Source: Alphaproteobacteria bacterium
Lineage (GTDB): Bacteria > Pseudomonadota > Alphaproteobacteria > Rs-D84
Direction: 5' to 3'
DNA: 64,000 nt
Assembly (NCBI GenBank): GCA_017471445.1
Contig: JAFUTJ010000015.1
Location: forward strand, 25,352-89,351
Made by a program: the position numbers and the translations under genes. This document shows positions 49,454-62,006 of the stretch, in pieces. Positions within the stretch are counted from its first letter, which is position 1. Every line of letters begins with the position of its first letter. The notes beneath the pieces are model-generated. The model made no database searches, was not told the origin of the DNA, and saw only the letters and a list, made by a program, of their open reading frames with translations.

Positions 49454-50332
49454 ATGAAAAAATTTATTCTTATTTTGATATGCATGAACATAACACTGCC
49501 ATGCTTTGGCAAATTTAAAATACAAGACAGCAATTCATGCGTTATTGATACATATGGGCGCAATAAGTATTGGTTCTGTGGGTCAACAAATAAAACAAAA
49601 TGTGGCTCTACAACATTCTCTCGCGATAATCGCGAAGCACGTGATATGACACATGGCGAAGTTGTAACAGATTATCGCGCACGTGGTACGCATGACCATT
49701 ATAATTTGTTATGTTGTGTGGTTGATGGCAAGGGATTCTTTAAGTACACAACCAAGAGCAAGGCGAAACCAGCCGAATTAAAAAATGAATACATATCGGA
49801 AAATATTACAATTAAAACAGACGAAGGCGGATCATGTACATATGTTAAAACCGTTGATACATGCGGCAATATTATTTCTGATATACCATGCACCGCACGT
49901 GACGACTGTCAAAGCGATGAAATTGTTCGTAATAAAAAATGTGTTAAACCATGCACAGAACCATTGGTGTTTTTTTCGCCAGATGTTGATACATGTGTTA
50001 ATTGTGAAGAAACAAATTACCAAGGTATCGCAATGGACAGCCAAGGCCACAAATATTGCAAAAAATGTGCAGACAACGAAATATGGTTAAAAACCAAAAA
50101 AGACTGTGTAAAAAAAGAAACTTTGACCATTGTGAACAAGGTTGATATGCAAAGATGTTGGCAATGCAAAAGCGTTGATTCATTCAGAAAATGCGCACTG
50201 GGCGAAGATGTTACATGCGGGTCATCTGCATCAACCGGCACAGAGAAAAACAAGCAAACAATACCAACACCAACACTGAAACGTGTTGAAACGGGCCCAA
50301 TACAAAATCTGGGCAAAGTAATTCCGTTTTAA
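49454..50332 (+). CDS. Secreted cysteine-rich hypothetical protein (292 aa)
   Basis: Starts MKKFILILICMNITLPCFG with RBS GGGGGA. It has about 30 Cys, many in CxxC pairs (CVNCEE, CKKCAD, CWQCKS). The ORF-track start at 49163 is an upstream in-frame extension. Confidence 0.6.
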   Translation: MKKFILILICMNITLPCFGKFKIQDSNSCVIDTYGRNKYWFCGSTNKTKCGSTTFSRDNREARDMTHGEVVTDYRARGTHDHYNLLCCVVDGKGFFKYTTKSKAKPAELKNEYISENITIKTDEGGSCTYVKTVDTCGNIISDIPCTARDDCQSDEIVRNKKCVKPCTEPLVFFSPDVDTCVNCEETNYQGIAMDSQGHKYCKKCADNEIWLKTKKDCVKKETLTIVNKVDMQRCWQCKSVDSFRKCALGEDVTCGSSASTGTEKNKQTIPTPTLKRVETGPIQNLGKVIPF

Positions 50333-50415
50333 TCCATACAATTCATGATACAAATGATAACAAAACAACAGAAATTATGAATTTTTGATATTTTTATCTG
50401 AAGCCCATGGTCAAA

Positions 50416-51099
50416 TTACCATTCCACCGGTGTTTTACCATGGGCAATTAAATATTCATTGGCGCGACTGAAATGATGATTACCGAAAAACCCCCGTGAC
50501 GCCGATAATGGGGACGGATGCACACTTTTCAACACCAGATTACGCGCCGGGTCAACAATTTCTGCCTTGCGCTGGGCATATGCACCCCACAACATATAAA
50601 CAATATTATCACGTGTACTGCATGCGCGAATAACCGCATCTGTAAACGTTTCCCAACCATGACCCGCATGCGATGCCGCCGCATGCGCACGCACCGTTAA
50701 TGTTGAGTTTAGCAACAGTACCCCCTGCTCTGCCCAGTGGGTTAAGTCGCCATTTGTAACAGATTTTCGACCTAAATCATTTTCAATTTCACGATAAATA
50801 TTAACCAATGATGGCGGAATTGGTGTTGGCGGCAATACCGAAAAACACAATCCATGCGCCTGGCCTGGTTCATGGTATGGGTCTTGCCCAATTATTACAA
50901 CCTTTACATTATCCAATGGACATAAATTAAAGGCATTGAAAATATTTTTTGGTGCGGGATAAACCGCCCGCCCCGACAGGTATTCCGCGCGCACAAAATC
51001 AGTCAGGGCGCGAAAATATTCCCGGTCAAATTCCGCCGATAATGCCGCTTTCCAAGATTGCTCTATTTTTACATCCATATCAATTTTGATTATATTCAT
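50416..51099 (-). CDS. ung: Uracil-DNA glycosylase
   Basis: VVIIGQDPYH motif and the HPSPLS motif. 227 aa. Confidence 0.9.
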   Translation of the reverse strand: MNIIKIDMDVKIEQSWKAALSAEFDREYFRALTDFVRAEYLSGRAVYPAPKNIFNAFNLCPLDNVKVVIIGQDPYHEPGQAHGLCFSVLPPTPIPPSLVNIYREIENDLGRKSVTNGDLTHWAEQGVLLLNSTLTVRAHAAASHAGHGWETFTDAVIRACSTRDNIVYMLWGAYAQRKAEIVDPARNLVLKSVHPSPLSASRGFFGNHHFSRANEYLIAHGKTPVEW

Positions 51100-51180
51100 T
51101 TGGCTGATATAAAATCAAGTTGTTATGATAGTAACATTTTATTAGAATTTACGATGGTCGATTAAGTAAAAGGATTCTGT

Positions 51181-51957
51181 ATGCCAAAAGTATCAGTTAT
51201 TGTTCCTGCATACAAGACAGCAAAATATACATCCGCGTGTCTGGATAGTATATTGGCACAAACGTTAACGGATATAGAAATAATTTGTATAAACGACGGT
51301 TCACCGGATAATGTATTAGAAATATTTAACAAATATGCAAAACGTGATTCGCGTATCCGCGTGATAAATCAGGACAATATGGGCATTTGCATTGCGCGTA
51401 ATAATGCCATTGCATCGGCACGTGCGGAATATATCTTTCCCCTGGACAGCGATGATATGATTGCCCCTAATTGTTTAGAGGTTTTATATGATATCATCAC
51501 AACAACAAAATATTCTGTTGTTTGTCCTGGGGCAATTTTATTTGGACACGCCCCCAGTTGTGTTTGGCATATGCCACCGGTTAATAAATTTAACATGTAT
51601 GGTGGGCGTATGGGTATTCACAATTCTTCAATGTTCCCCAAAAAATTATGGCAAAAGTATGGTGGGTATTGCGTCGACTTAAATCGCTTGGGCGGTGAAG
51701 ACGCTGATTTCTGGTTATGCTTTTTGGATGATGGTAAAAAATTATATCGCACAGAAATCCCGTTGTTCTTTTACAGAATAAAACCACGCGATGAATCACG
51801 CAATCGTTCCGGCCCAAAGGGGCGCAGCGAACAAATTAAAAAGATTTTTTTACGCCGCCATCCGCGAATTAGATTTTATAAAATGTTGCAATATATACGT
51901 AACCCATTTCGGGGCATACGTAAATTGGTGCGCACAATACGCAAGAAAATAAAATAG
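51181..51957 (+). CDS. Family 2 glycosyltransferase
   Basis: N-terminal GT-A signature VSVIVPAYKTAKY...NDGSPD, then the DSDD DxD motif. Confidence 0.8.
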   Translation: MPKVSVIVPAYKTAKYTSACLDSILAQTLTDIEIICINDGSPDNVLEIFNKYAKRDSRIRVINQDNMGICIARNNAIASARAEYIFPLDSDDMIAPNCLEVLYDIITTTKYSVVCPGAILFGHAPSCVWHMPPVNKFNMYGGRMGIHNSSMFPKKLWQKYGGYCVDLNRLGGEDADFWLCFLDDGKKLYRTEIPLFFYRIKPRDESRNRSGPKGRSEQIKKIFLRRHPRIRFYKMLQYIRNPFRGIRKLVRTIRKKIK

Positions 51958-51958
51958 A

Positions 51959-52612
51959 TTATAAATTCGGTTTTATTAATCCAATCTGGCACGCTTTCCA
52001 CAACACAACGTCAATGTATCCGCGTGGGAAACCTGTGACATGTACCAGATGTTGAAACATATCATCACATGCATTTTTTATTTCATCACACAAATCACCG
52101 TTATCTATTTTATCATATAATTCTGATTTCCCACTGTACAGCACCCCCAGACGTTGAATCCAAATATCATATTTAACGACATCAACCCCCAGATTACGCG
52201 CCAGATGATTTGCCGTTATTTTTCCAACATGTGGCAATTTCTGTAAATATGCAATTCGCGCCGTATCACAATCACATGCATAATACCCATTACAATACGC
52301 ATCACGATTTTCCCAATGTTTACAAATTGCATTTATCTTGTTTTTATTATGAAAGATTGCAAACAATTCATCAAAATTCGCACCATGCGCATGAATGCAT
52401 TCGGTAATACGCGCATGTATTTTCTTGGCCGCACGTTGTGAAAACCCGCCCGCCAAGATTACATACGCACACATATCTGCAAACTGATTTGGTGTAAAAC
52501 GTCGCGGACGCGCCAACATTTCACGTATTTCATCAAACGATTGCGCATCACTGTCCGCGCCGCGTGCGCGAATTTCGTTTTCTAAATCATAAAACCATTC
52601 TTTGGTGAACAC
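51959..52612 (-). CDS. HhH-GPD superfamily DNA glycosylase-like protein (putative)
   Basis: Helix-hairpin-helix LPHVGKITANHLARNLGV, then D-x-W-x-x-R (VKYDIWIQRLG). This resembles the Nth/MagIII arrangement LPGVGRKTA...VDTHVxRV. 217 aa. Confidence 0.4.
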   Translation of the reverse strand: MFTKEWFYDLENEIRARGADSDAQSFDEIREMLARPRRFTPNQFADMCAYVILAGGFSQRAAKKIHARITECIHAHGANFDELFAIFHNKNKINAICKHWENRDAYCNGYYACDCDTARIAYLQKLPHVGKITANHLARNLGVDVVKYDIWIQRLGVLYSGKSELYDKIDNGDLCDEIKNACDDMFQHLVHVTGFPRGYIDVVLWKACQIGLIKPNL

Positions 52613-52615
52613 CGG

Positions 52616-55015
<2,400 letters not shown>

Positions 55016-55181
55016 TTATTTTCCCTTTCTTTTTATCGTGAAAAACATAGCAATTTCTGCTATAATTATCAAGAAAATTTATGATTTTGGATTGCCGTTT
55101 TCTGATTCATAATTTATGCAAGCAATGAAGCCGGAAATCCAAAACCAAGCCCCAGGAATAACATACAAAGGATTTATAAAC

Positions 55182-55751
55182 ATGAAGTTTAAGTTACTGT
55201 ATTTTGGCGATATTTATATCAACCCCAAAAAACGTGCCCAACATATTTCTGATATTCGGATGCAATTTCATCCGCAATTAAAAAAATTGGTGGAACACAG
55301 TCCGTGGAATAACCTGACACAATTTATGATGCCCAACCCAACCAAAAGCCCCATTACAACCAAACACGTCGGTGGCATCGACTGGAACCCGATTATAACG
55401 CCGAACCTGAAATTAATTGCGGAATTAGATATTCAGATGTTACATCCGGAAATTGTTGGCGTGTCACGGTCTGATATTGACAACCGCATAAAAACATTGT
55501 TTGACGGCCTGCGCGCACCACAAAACGAACACGAAATCGGCGAAAATACACCACGTGATATTGGGCCAATTTATACGTTACTGGACGATGACCATTTGAT
55601 AACGAAACTGTCGGTAAATACATCGCACCTGTTATCATCTGATATGTTTTCATGCGACATTCCACGCAGCCCAGATTCAATATTTATGATGATTGACGTT
55701 AATGTCCGCGTTGCAGAGGGAACATTAGAAAACCTGCCGTTTATGGTATAA
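55182..55751 (+). CDS. Hypothetical protein
   Basis: 190-aa ORF from MKFKLLYFGDIY, with an upstream in-frame extension to 55116. No recognisable motif. Confidence 0.4.
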   Translation: MKFKLLYFGDIYINPKKRAQHISDIRMQFHPQLKKLVEHSPWNNLTQFMMPNPTKSPITTKHVGGIDWNPIITPNLKLIAELDIQMLHPEIVGVSRSDIDNRIKTLFDGLRAPQNEHEIGENTPRDIGPIYTLLDDDHLITKLSVNTSHLLSSDMFSCDIPRSPDSIFMMIDVNVRVAEGTLENLPFMV

Positions 55752-55829
55752 TGGTTGTTGGTGATTGGTTGTTGGTACTATGTGCTTAATTTCATAATTG
55801 TGAAATTAGTCCCAATATACCAACAACCC

Positions 55830-56900
55830 CTAATTAAACATTGCCGTTATTTGGTCTTGCATTTGGAATGTACCGAATATTACCCATGCGATTATCAATG
55901 ACACTAATATAATTCCAATATTATTTAATGCAGATGACACCGCGTCCATTTTGCGCACAGATTCATCCAAGTAATCATTTGCAATGCGGGTTAAATTCTG
56001 GTCAAAATCTGTCATATCTGCGTATATTTCCAAATCACCAATAATTTCGGAATTTGGAAACCCGCGCCCGGTGCCATTTAACGCCGACCCCAAGTTTTCA
56101 CCATTTGCAATTCGTCGCAGTGTGGCATCCAATATTGACCGTAAATACCGGTTGGAATTATCGGCCAACATGCGCATTGCATCGGGCAATGTAATACCCG
56201 CCGCAACCAATGCCGCCAACCCGGTCAACCAACCGACCGATTCCTGAATCTTGTATATATTCCATGGTGGCAAATCGTCAAAGCGCGCACGCATTTTACC
56301 CGACCAATTTGGTAAACTGAATGCGATAATCAAAACCAGCGTCACAAACCCGATTGCAATTATATACCAATATGCCCCGGCAAAGTTTGACACCCATACC
56401 AAAGATGCGGCCACGCCACGCCACGCGATATTATTGCCTGCAACCGCGGCCAATGGCGGCACCAAATAAATTCCAACCATTATTATTATCGCGATTGTTA
56501 ATGCAAACAAAAACAACGGGTACGCAACCGCCCCCATAAATGCCCGCCGTATGCGACCAATGCCACCCACCATGCGTTCCAGGTTTTCCAACGCAACAAC
56601 CAAACTGGAAATATTCCCCGATGTCAGCAGCAGTGTTTCATTCGGTGCCATCCACCCGCGGGTGGCATCAGAAAAACTCATCCCGCGTTCCAGATTCTTT
56701 TGCCATTGACGCATAACAATTGCAAATGGTTCATGTGGATTTTTTCCACCGTTTGATTCAATCCGTTCAATCCGCCCCAGCGCATCCATCAATGTAAAAT
56801 CGTTCCGCAACAGCGATGCCAGTTTTCGCGCAACAGACATACGCTTGTTCGTGTTCATACGAAACACCAACCGCGCATAAGATAATTCCAGGCGGTTCAT
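55830..56900 (-). CDS. Type IV pilus/T2SS inner-membrane platform protein (GspF/PilC/TcpE/BfpE family)
   Basis: 356 aa with three TM helices and T2SSF-type repeat architecture. It lies directly downstream of the PilB/GspE-family ATPase. Confidence 0.7.
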   Translation of the reverse strand: MNRLELSYARLVFRMNTNKRMSVARKLASLLRNDFTLMDALGRIERIESNGGKNPHEPFAIVMRQWQKNLERGMSFSDATRGWMAPNETLLLTSGNISSLVVALENLERMVGGIGRIRRAFMGAVAYPLFLFALTIAIIIMVGIYLVPPLAAVAGNNIAWRGVAASLVWVSNFAGAYWYIIAIGFVTLVLIIAFSLPNWSGKMRARFDDLPPWNIYKIQESVGWLTGLAALVAAGITLPDAMRMLADNSNRYLRSILDATLRRIANGENLGSALNGTGRGFPNSEIIGDLEIYADMTDFDQNLTRIANDYLDESVRKMDAVSSALNNIGIILVSLIIAWVIFGTFQMQDQITAMFN

Positions 56901-56901
56901 A

Positions 56902-58539
56902 TTAATACACCCCCGGCTGGTTCAATAACCCGACCCAACGTTCCAATTCATCAACGCCGATTATACCCTTTAACATTAATTCCGTGGCGGATTCTTTCAA
57001 TGTGCGGCCATCCATTTCTTCCAACCAATATTTTATTGCCGCATCTGTATCGCCGGATAATGCCAATGATAAAAATTCACCATTTGTTATTATTATTTCG
57101 CCGGCCTTGATACGACCAATTGTGCCGGTACCGTTACATTCGCGGCACCCTGCCCCACGAATATAAACCTGACGCAAGCCCAGTTCACCAAACATATCAC
57201 GCACGCGATTGTACGCCGGGTGTTCCGGGTGGTCAATTAACCGTTCGCGACAATGTGGGCACAGTTTCTTGAACAAACGCATTGATATCAGCCCACGCAT
57301 CAGCGTTTCTTCCTTTAACTTGAAACTTTCAACCCCCATGTCCAGCAATCGCGTCAACGCCGCAATGGCGGAATTGGCATGCAATGTTGTCCAAACATTA
57401 TGCCCCGACAGTGCCGCCCGAACCGTCAACTGGGCCGCAGATAACGTACGAATTTCACCAACCATCATTGTATCTGGGTCACTGCGCAGGGCCGCGGCCA
57501 ACGCTTCGGTATATTTTTCATCACGCTGTTCTTCGTTTACGGCATTAACAACCGGCATTTGGTGTGCACCAAAAATCTTTTGTTCAACCGGGTCTTCGAC
57601 CGTAATCATATTTATTTCATAATGCCGTTCTTTTAGCATTAATGACATATTATGAACCAATGTCGTGGATTTACCAGAACTTGTTGGCCCCGCAACAATT
57701 ACCAACCCCGTCGGGAACGACCGCATACGCGCCAACAGTTTTTGTTCATATTCGCCAAATTCCTGTTCGGTTTTAATGCCTGCACTGGGGTTATCATACA
57801 ACAGGCGCATTACAACATATCGCGTGCCGAATGCAACCGGATTAAATTGCATACGTATACTTAAAATACCATTCGGCAGATACAGGTCTTTTGTTCCACG
57901 CAATGGCGTGCGCCCATCTTTCTGGGCCGATTGATATTCATTTTGCGCATAGTTTGCATTTGACATATCTGCCGACGCAAACGCCGCACGAACAAAAGAT
58001 TCACCCCAACCGGAATTATATTCCAAAACAGGTTGCATACTGCCATCAATGCGAAAATATATTGTGGTCTGGTCGGCAACTTCTATATGAACATCAGATA
58101 CCTTTTGCGCGGCAGCACGCGCGATAATGTCAACAAAATCCTTTTGCATTTGGTTATCAAAATCTGTGCGGGCACGCGCACCCCCACCCAGTTTCGATTC
58201 ATGAACCTTGTAAATACTGGAAACCAAACCCAAATCAGAATAAAACGGCACACGAACATTACTGGTCCGACGATGAATCAGGTCAACAAATGCCAATACC
58301 CGTCCATCATAACGATGTGTACGCGATATTATCAATTCACCCCCAGAAAAATATGCAACCAAACTTTGCATATCTTTGGACAATTCCATTTCGGCACCGG
58401 TTGCAGTCAACAGCCGATTTCCGTTGGAAAATAAATAATCAACAATATCTTTGTTTTCTGCACTGTCCAATCCCGCCGGAATTGACGGTTGCGACGCATC
58501 GGGAATATTGTTCAAGATATCTTTTTCTTTATAACGCAT
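56902..58539 (-). CDS. Type IV pilus/T2SS assembly ATPase (GspE/PilB/TcpT/BfpD family)
   Basis: Walker A VAGPTSSGKSTTL, Asp/His boxes, Walker B MMVGEIR. Tetracysteine zinc motif CPHC...CREC. 545 aa. Confidence 0.85.
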   Translation of the reverse strand: MRYKEKDILNNIPDASQPSIPAGLDSAENKDIVDYLFSNGNRLLTATGAEMELSKDMQSLVAYFSGGELIISRTHRYDGRVLAFVDLIHRRTSNVRVPFYSDLGLVSSIYKVHESKLGGGARARTDFDNQMQKDFVDIIARAAAQKVSDVHIEVADQTTIYFRIDGSMQPVLEYNSGWGESFVRAAFASADMSNANYAQNEYQSAQKDGRTPLRGTKDLYLPNGILSIRMQFNPVAFGTRYVVMRLLYDNPSAGIKTEQEFGEYEQKLLARMRSFPTGLVIVAGPTSSGKSTTLVHNMSLMLKERHYEINMITVEDPVEQKIFGAHQMPVVNAVNEEQRDEKYTEALAAALRSDPDTMMVGEIRTLSAAQLTVRAALSGHNVWTTLHANSAIAALTRLLDMGVESFKLKEETLMRGLISMRLFKKLCPHCRERLIDHPEHPAYNRVRDMFGELGLRQVYIRGAGCRECNGTGTIGRIKAGEIIITNGEFLSLALSGDTDAAIKYWLEEMDGRTLKESATELMLKGIIGVDELERWVGLLNQPGVY

Positions 58540-58542
58540 TTT

Positions 58543-59253
58543 TTATTTTGTACTGGCAATATTCAAGGTTTGCTTTTTACCGTCTTTCTCAAAAACGACA
58601 CCTTCGTCCAAAGATATCGATTTTACGGTAAACCCATCCAAGGTGCGACCAACACTTACACGTTTGTTTTGGCCAGAATCCATATCTGCCAATGTTGCCT
58701 GTAATTGATTACCGGCACCAATTACGTTTACTAATTTATATTTATCAACAATCTTGAATTCGTCTGTATCTTCTTCGGCCGCGGTGGATTTTGCGCGCGA
58801 TGCAGATGTACGCACCGGTGCAGTGGCCGGCTTTACATCACCCGACATCAGGTTTTGTTTTTCCAATTCCAATTTCGCCGTTTCGTTTTCTAATTTTGCC
58901 TTTTCCATTTCGAATTCTTGCTGCTGCTGTTCGGCCCGGCCAGACAGCGTATCAATTTCCATATGCAATTTTATTTTTTCTGCGGCCAAGCGGTCCAATT
59001 CCAAATCCAACTGGGCACGTTCTTTTTCCAATTGCATTAATATTTTTTCTTGTTCCAAATCTGTAATTTGTTGAAACAGTGAACCCGATACATCATAATC
59101 TGCAACCGCCGCCGCAGATGGGTCAACCACATCTGATTCAACCAGGTCATCGGTCAATAAATCTGCATCATCTGCCGCGTACACGCATGGCGCGACAATT
59201 GTGAATATGCCGAAAACCATTGCCATAAAAAATAATTTCTTGTTATTTTGCAT
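58543..59253 (-). CDS. Secreted coiled-coil protein with PilP/GspC-HR-like C-terminal domain (putative pilus assembly component)
   Basis: Signal peptide MQNNKKLFFMAMVFGIFTIVAPCVYA. The central region is a coiled-coil rich in E, K and L. The C-terminus YKLVNVIGAGNQLQATLADMDSGQNKRVSVGRTLDGFTVKSISLDEGVVF follows the PilP/GspC pattern. Confidence 0.45.
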   Translation of the reverse strand: MQNNKKLFFMAMVFGIFTIVAPCVYAADDADLLTDDLVESDVVDPSAAAVADYDVSGSLFQQITDLEQEKILMQLEKERAQLDLELDRLAAEKIKLHMEIDTLSGRAEQQQQEFEMEKAKLENETAKLELEKQNLMSGDVKPATAPVRTSASRAKSTAAEEDTDEFKIVDKYKLVNVIGAGNQLQATLADMDSGQNKRVSVGRTLDGFTVKSISLDEGVVFEKDGKKQTLNIASTK

Positions 59254-60502
59254 AAATTATCACCTCATAGTTCCATGTGCGATTTGTCGCGTTCCATTCT
59301 GTACGTGTCATATATACACCACCAAAATCATCAAAGATTTTCATAAATTGTGACGGTATTAATTTTGATGCCGCCGCAATTTCTAATACGTTTACATTAA
59401 CGGTTTCAACGCCATTTGTAATGGTATCAACCACAACATCAATATCGGGTGTTATGTCTATACCCTGAAATATCGTAGATATATTGCGAACAATTGTGTC
59501 GGCATCGCGTTCGTCTTGGGATGCATGTGTTGCAATTTTTGGCAATACCGCACGAACGGTTAATGCACTGTCGCCACGTTCTTGGACAATTGCACCCGGC
59601 ATTAAATCGCCCGCAACAACATAAAAATCGCCCAACGTTCCATAATCGCGCCGAAATTCAACCGTTGCATCGGATTCATCACACCGAACAGACACCTGAA
59701 TCCACCCAGGAATTGGCTGCATCAAAAATCCCATTGCCTGGTAACACAAATCTGCGCGTTCATACACATCTGGTAAATTATCGTATGGCAATACCAAGGG
59801 TTCCGGCACATTCTTTTTTATTTCATATTCCGCATCTAACTGACGATTACTTTCTTCAACCTGGCGTTTATATTCCGCGGCCAATTCTGGGTCAATATGT
59901 GCAATTTGTGGACGCGGGGCAAATACCTGAACCAATGAATCACGGTATAACCAAAATACACCCACCGCAAACGCACATAATAACAACAGCGAAAATAATA
60001 TTGTTCGTGCACGACTGATATACCGTAACACGCCCGCATGTCGTCCGTCTAAGACATCGGCCAATGTACGTTCAACCGCCCGCGGTGCGCCCCATGCCGC
60101 CGGTGCAACAAACGCACCCCAATCCGGCATTTCGGCCAATGCAAAATATTCACGACGTGCGTCGGATTCATGCATAAAAATTTTGTCTGCCAAAATTATC
60201 CCGTTACGCGCCGCGACCAATATATACGCGCCGTCGTTATAAAACATTGCCAAAAAAGATGAATATTCTGGGAATACCGCCATAATATCCGCAGCAATTG
60301 ACGGCATGCCACTGCGGTGTCCCATACGACGCGCCCCCAATCCAATCATATTATGCCATGAAACGAACAAATTAAATCGCGCATCAACCACACGCGCCAA
60401 CGCCCGCGCAGAATTGCGCGCCGGAACATTTGCGTCACTTGGTTGCCAAAACAAACCAACTGCGTATTTTTTGCGGTTAACTGATATAACTTGGGCGGCC
60501 AA
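59243..60502 (-). CDS. Bitopic inner-membrane assembly protein (GspL/BfpC/TcpR/R64-PilO-like, putative)
   Basis: 419 aa. It has a cytoplasmic N-domain of about 170 aa, a single TM helix (ILFSLLLLCAFAVGVFWLY) and a periplasmic C-domain. Its 3' end overlaps the start of the PilP-like gene. Confidence 0.4.
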   Translation of the reverse strand: MAAQVISVNRKKYAVGLFWQPSDANVPARNSARALARVVDARFNLFVSWHNMIGLGARRMGHRSGMPSIAADIMAVFPEYSSFLAMFYNDGAYILVAARNGIILADKIFMHESDARREYFALAEMPDWGAFVAPAAWGAPRAVERTLADVLDGRHAGVLRYISRARTILFSLLLLCAFAVGVFWLYRDSLVQVFAPRPQIAHIDPELAAEYKRQVEESNRQLDAEYEIKKNVPEPLVLPYDNLPDVYERADLCYQAMGFLMQPIPGWIQVSVRCDESDATVEFRRDYGTLGDFYVVAGDLMPGAIVQERGDSALTVRAVLPKIATHASQDERDADTIVRNISTIFQGIDITPDIDVVVDTITNGVETVNVNVLEIAAASKLIPSQFMKIFDDFGGVYMTRTEWNATNRTWNYEVIIYAK

Positions 60503-60587
60503 GATTCTCTCTCTATCTTAAAAATCTATGGCAATTATAACACAAAAATATAAACCTTGGCAAACCATTTAAGTGGTATGCCAAAGA

Positions 60588-61037
60588 TTAATAACTGGAT
60601 TCATAAATTGTTGTTGTACATGCCGGTGTGCCACATGGTGTATCAACAACCGGCGCAACCACAACATCACGCGGTGACGCATCATAATAAATCGTCCCCG
60701 GTTGTACACGCCCAACACGCGGACAATCATAAACATTTGCCGTTAAAACGAACGAACGTTCTGGGCCAAACATAACCCATTCATTTGGTTTTGTACGCTG
60801 GCTGGTTATCAAATATGCATTACCGGGCCGCGCCTGGTCTGCGATACGATTTTCCAGATATACACGCGCATCATCGGCATCATACACAGATGCCTCGGAT
60901 TCCAATTTATACAAAAACGTACAACCCGACGGTTCGGCATCCAATTGGGTTAAATATTCACTGCCATTTTGATTCTTGATGTAACCACCACATGCACACA
61001 ATCCCAACACAGATACAAATGCCAATAATTTTTTCAT
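60588..61037 (-). CDS. DUF4156-like lipoprotein
   Basis: Starts MKKLLAFVSVLGLCACGGY (lipobox, AGGAGG RBS). The pattern PSGCTFLYKLES...GNAYLITSQ...ANVYDCP resembles the DUF4156 signature (GCxFLG.V.GS...GAN.V...AY.CP). Confidence 0.45.
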   Translation of the reverse strand: MKKLLAFVSVLGLCACGGYIKNQNGSEYLTQLDAEPSGCTFLYKLESEASVYDADDARVYLENRIADQARPGNAYLITSQRTKPNEWVMFGPERSFVLTANVYDCPRVGRVQPGTIYYDASPRDVVVAPVVDTPCGTPACTTTIYESSY

Positions 61038-61073
61038 CTTGTTTTCCTCCTGTATCAACACAAACCAATTACA

Positions 61074-62006
61074 CTATACTATATCATAATTGACCGGGTC
61101 GCTAAACAACTTTTTCAAGACCAGATTGTTTAACGCGTGACTGCCCTTGTACGATATTAAATCGCCACAAATCCATCCACCCGATGTTGCCATATCGCCA
61201 ATTGCATCAATTATTTTGTGCCGAACAAATTCATCAGGCCAAATTGTCTTGTTTAACGTTCCATCGCCCGTATTATTTAATGCAATAACATTGTGTTCAT
61301 TTGCCCCACGCCCCATTCCATGTTTTTTTAGATATTCCCATTCAGAATATTTTCCAAACGTGCGCGCACGCGCAATATCACGAACAAATGTTCGAACAGA
61401 TTTTTTTGTACCATCAAACACATATTCATAAGATTGCCGCCCAATTATTTTTTCTGGATAAACCAATGTTGCACGCACGCGCAGCACACCATCATTATTT
61501 GGGCGCAATTCCACAAACCCATCGCTTTTACGACCCGCAATACGATTTATAAACCACCACTTTATACGTGTAAGAATGGGCAATGTACGATTTATTTCTG
61601 CCGCACGCGCAATAACAGATCGCCGCACAATAATACGCTTATGCGAAAATACGCCATCGGTAACCGCCGAAATATCACGATAGAAACAATCTGCACTGCC
61701 ATCTAAAATTGGGGTTTCTGGGCCATCAATTTTTATTTTCACAGAATCTACACCGGCGATAAACAACGCCGCCATTAAATGTTCAATTGTCTGAACATGT
61801 GCGCCATGCGGTGTGCCAATTGTTGTGTTACGCATACGACTTTCACCCACATTGTCATATCGCGCATTAATCGCACCAGAATTCGGTATATCGGTGCGAT
61901 AAAAAGAAATACCATCACGCTTTGCCGGGCAAATTGTCATGTGAACCGGCAACCCAGAATGAATACCATGGCCAACAATTTTAATTTTTTTTGTTACTGT
62001 ACCCAT
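61074..62006 (-). CDS. lpxC: UDP-3-O-acyl-N-acetylglucosamine deacetylase
   Basis: MGTVTKKIKIVGHGIHSG...TTIGTPHGAHVQTIEHLMAA and the C-terminal HALNN motif. 310 aa. Confidence 0.9.
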   Translation of the reverse strand: MGTVTKKIKIVGHGIHSGLPVHMTICPAKRDGISFYRTDIPNSGAINARYDNVGESRMRNTTIGTPHGAHVQTIEHLMAALFIAGVDSVKIKIDGPETPILDGSADCFYRDISAVTDGVFSHKRIIVRRSVIARAAEINRTLPILTRIKWWFINRIAGRKSDGFVELRPNNDGVLRVRATLVYPEKIIGRQSYEYVFDGTKKSVRTFVRDIARARTFGKYSEWEYLKKHGMGRGANEHNVIALNNTGDGTLNKTIWPDEFVRHKIIDAIGDMATSGGWICGDLISYKGSHALNNLVLKKLFSDPVNYDIV

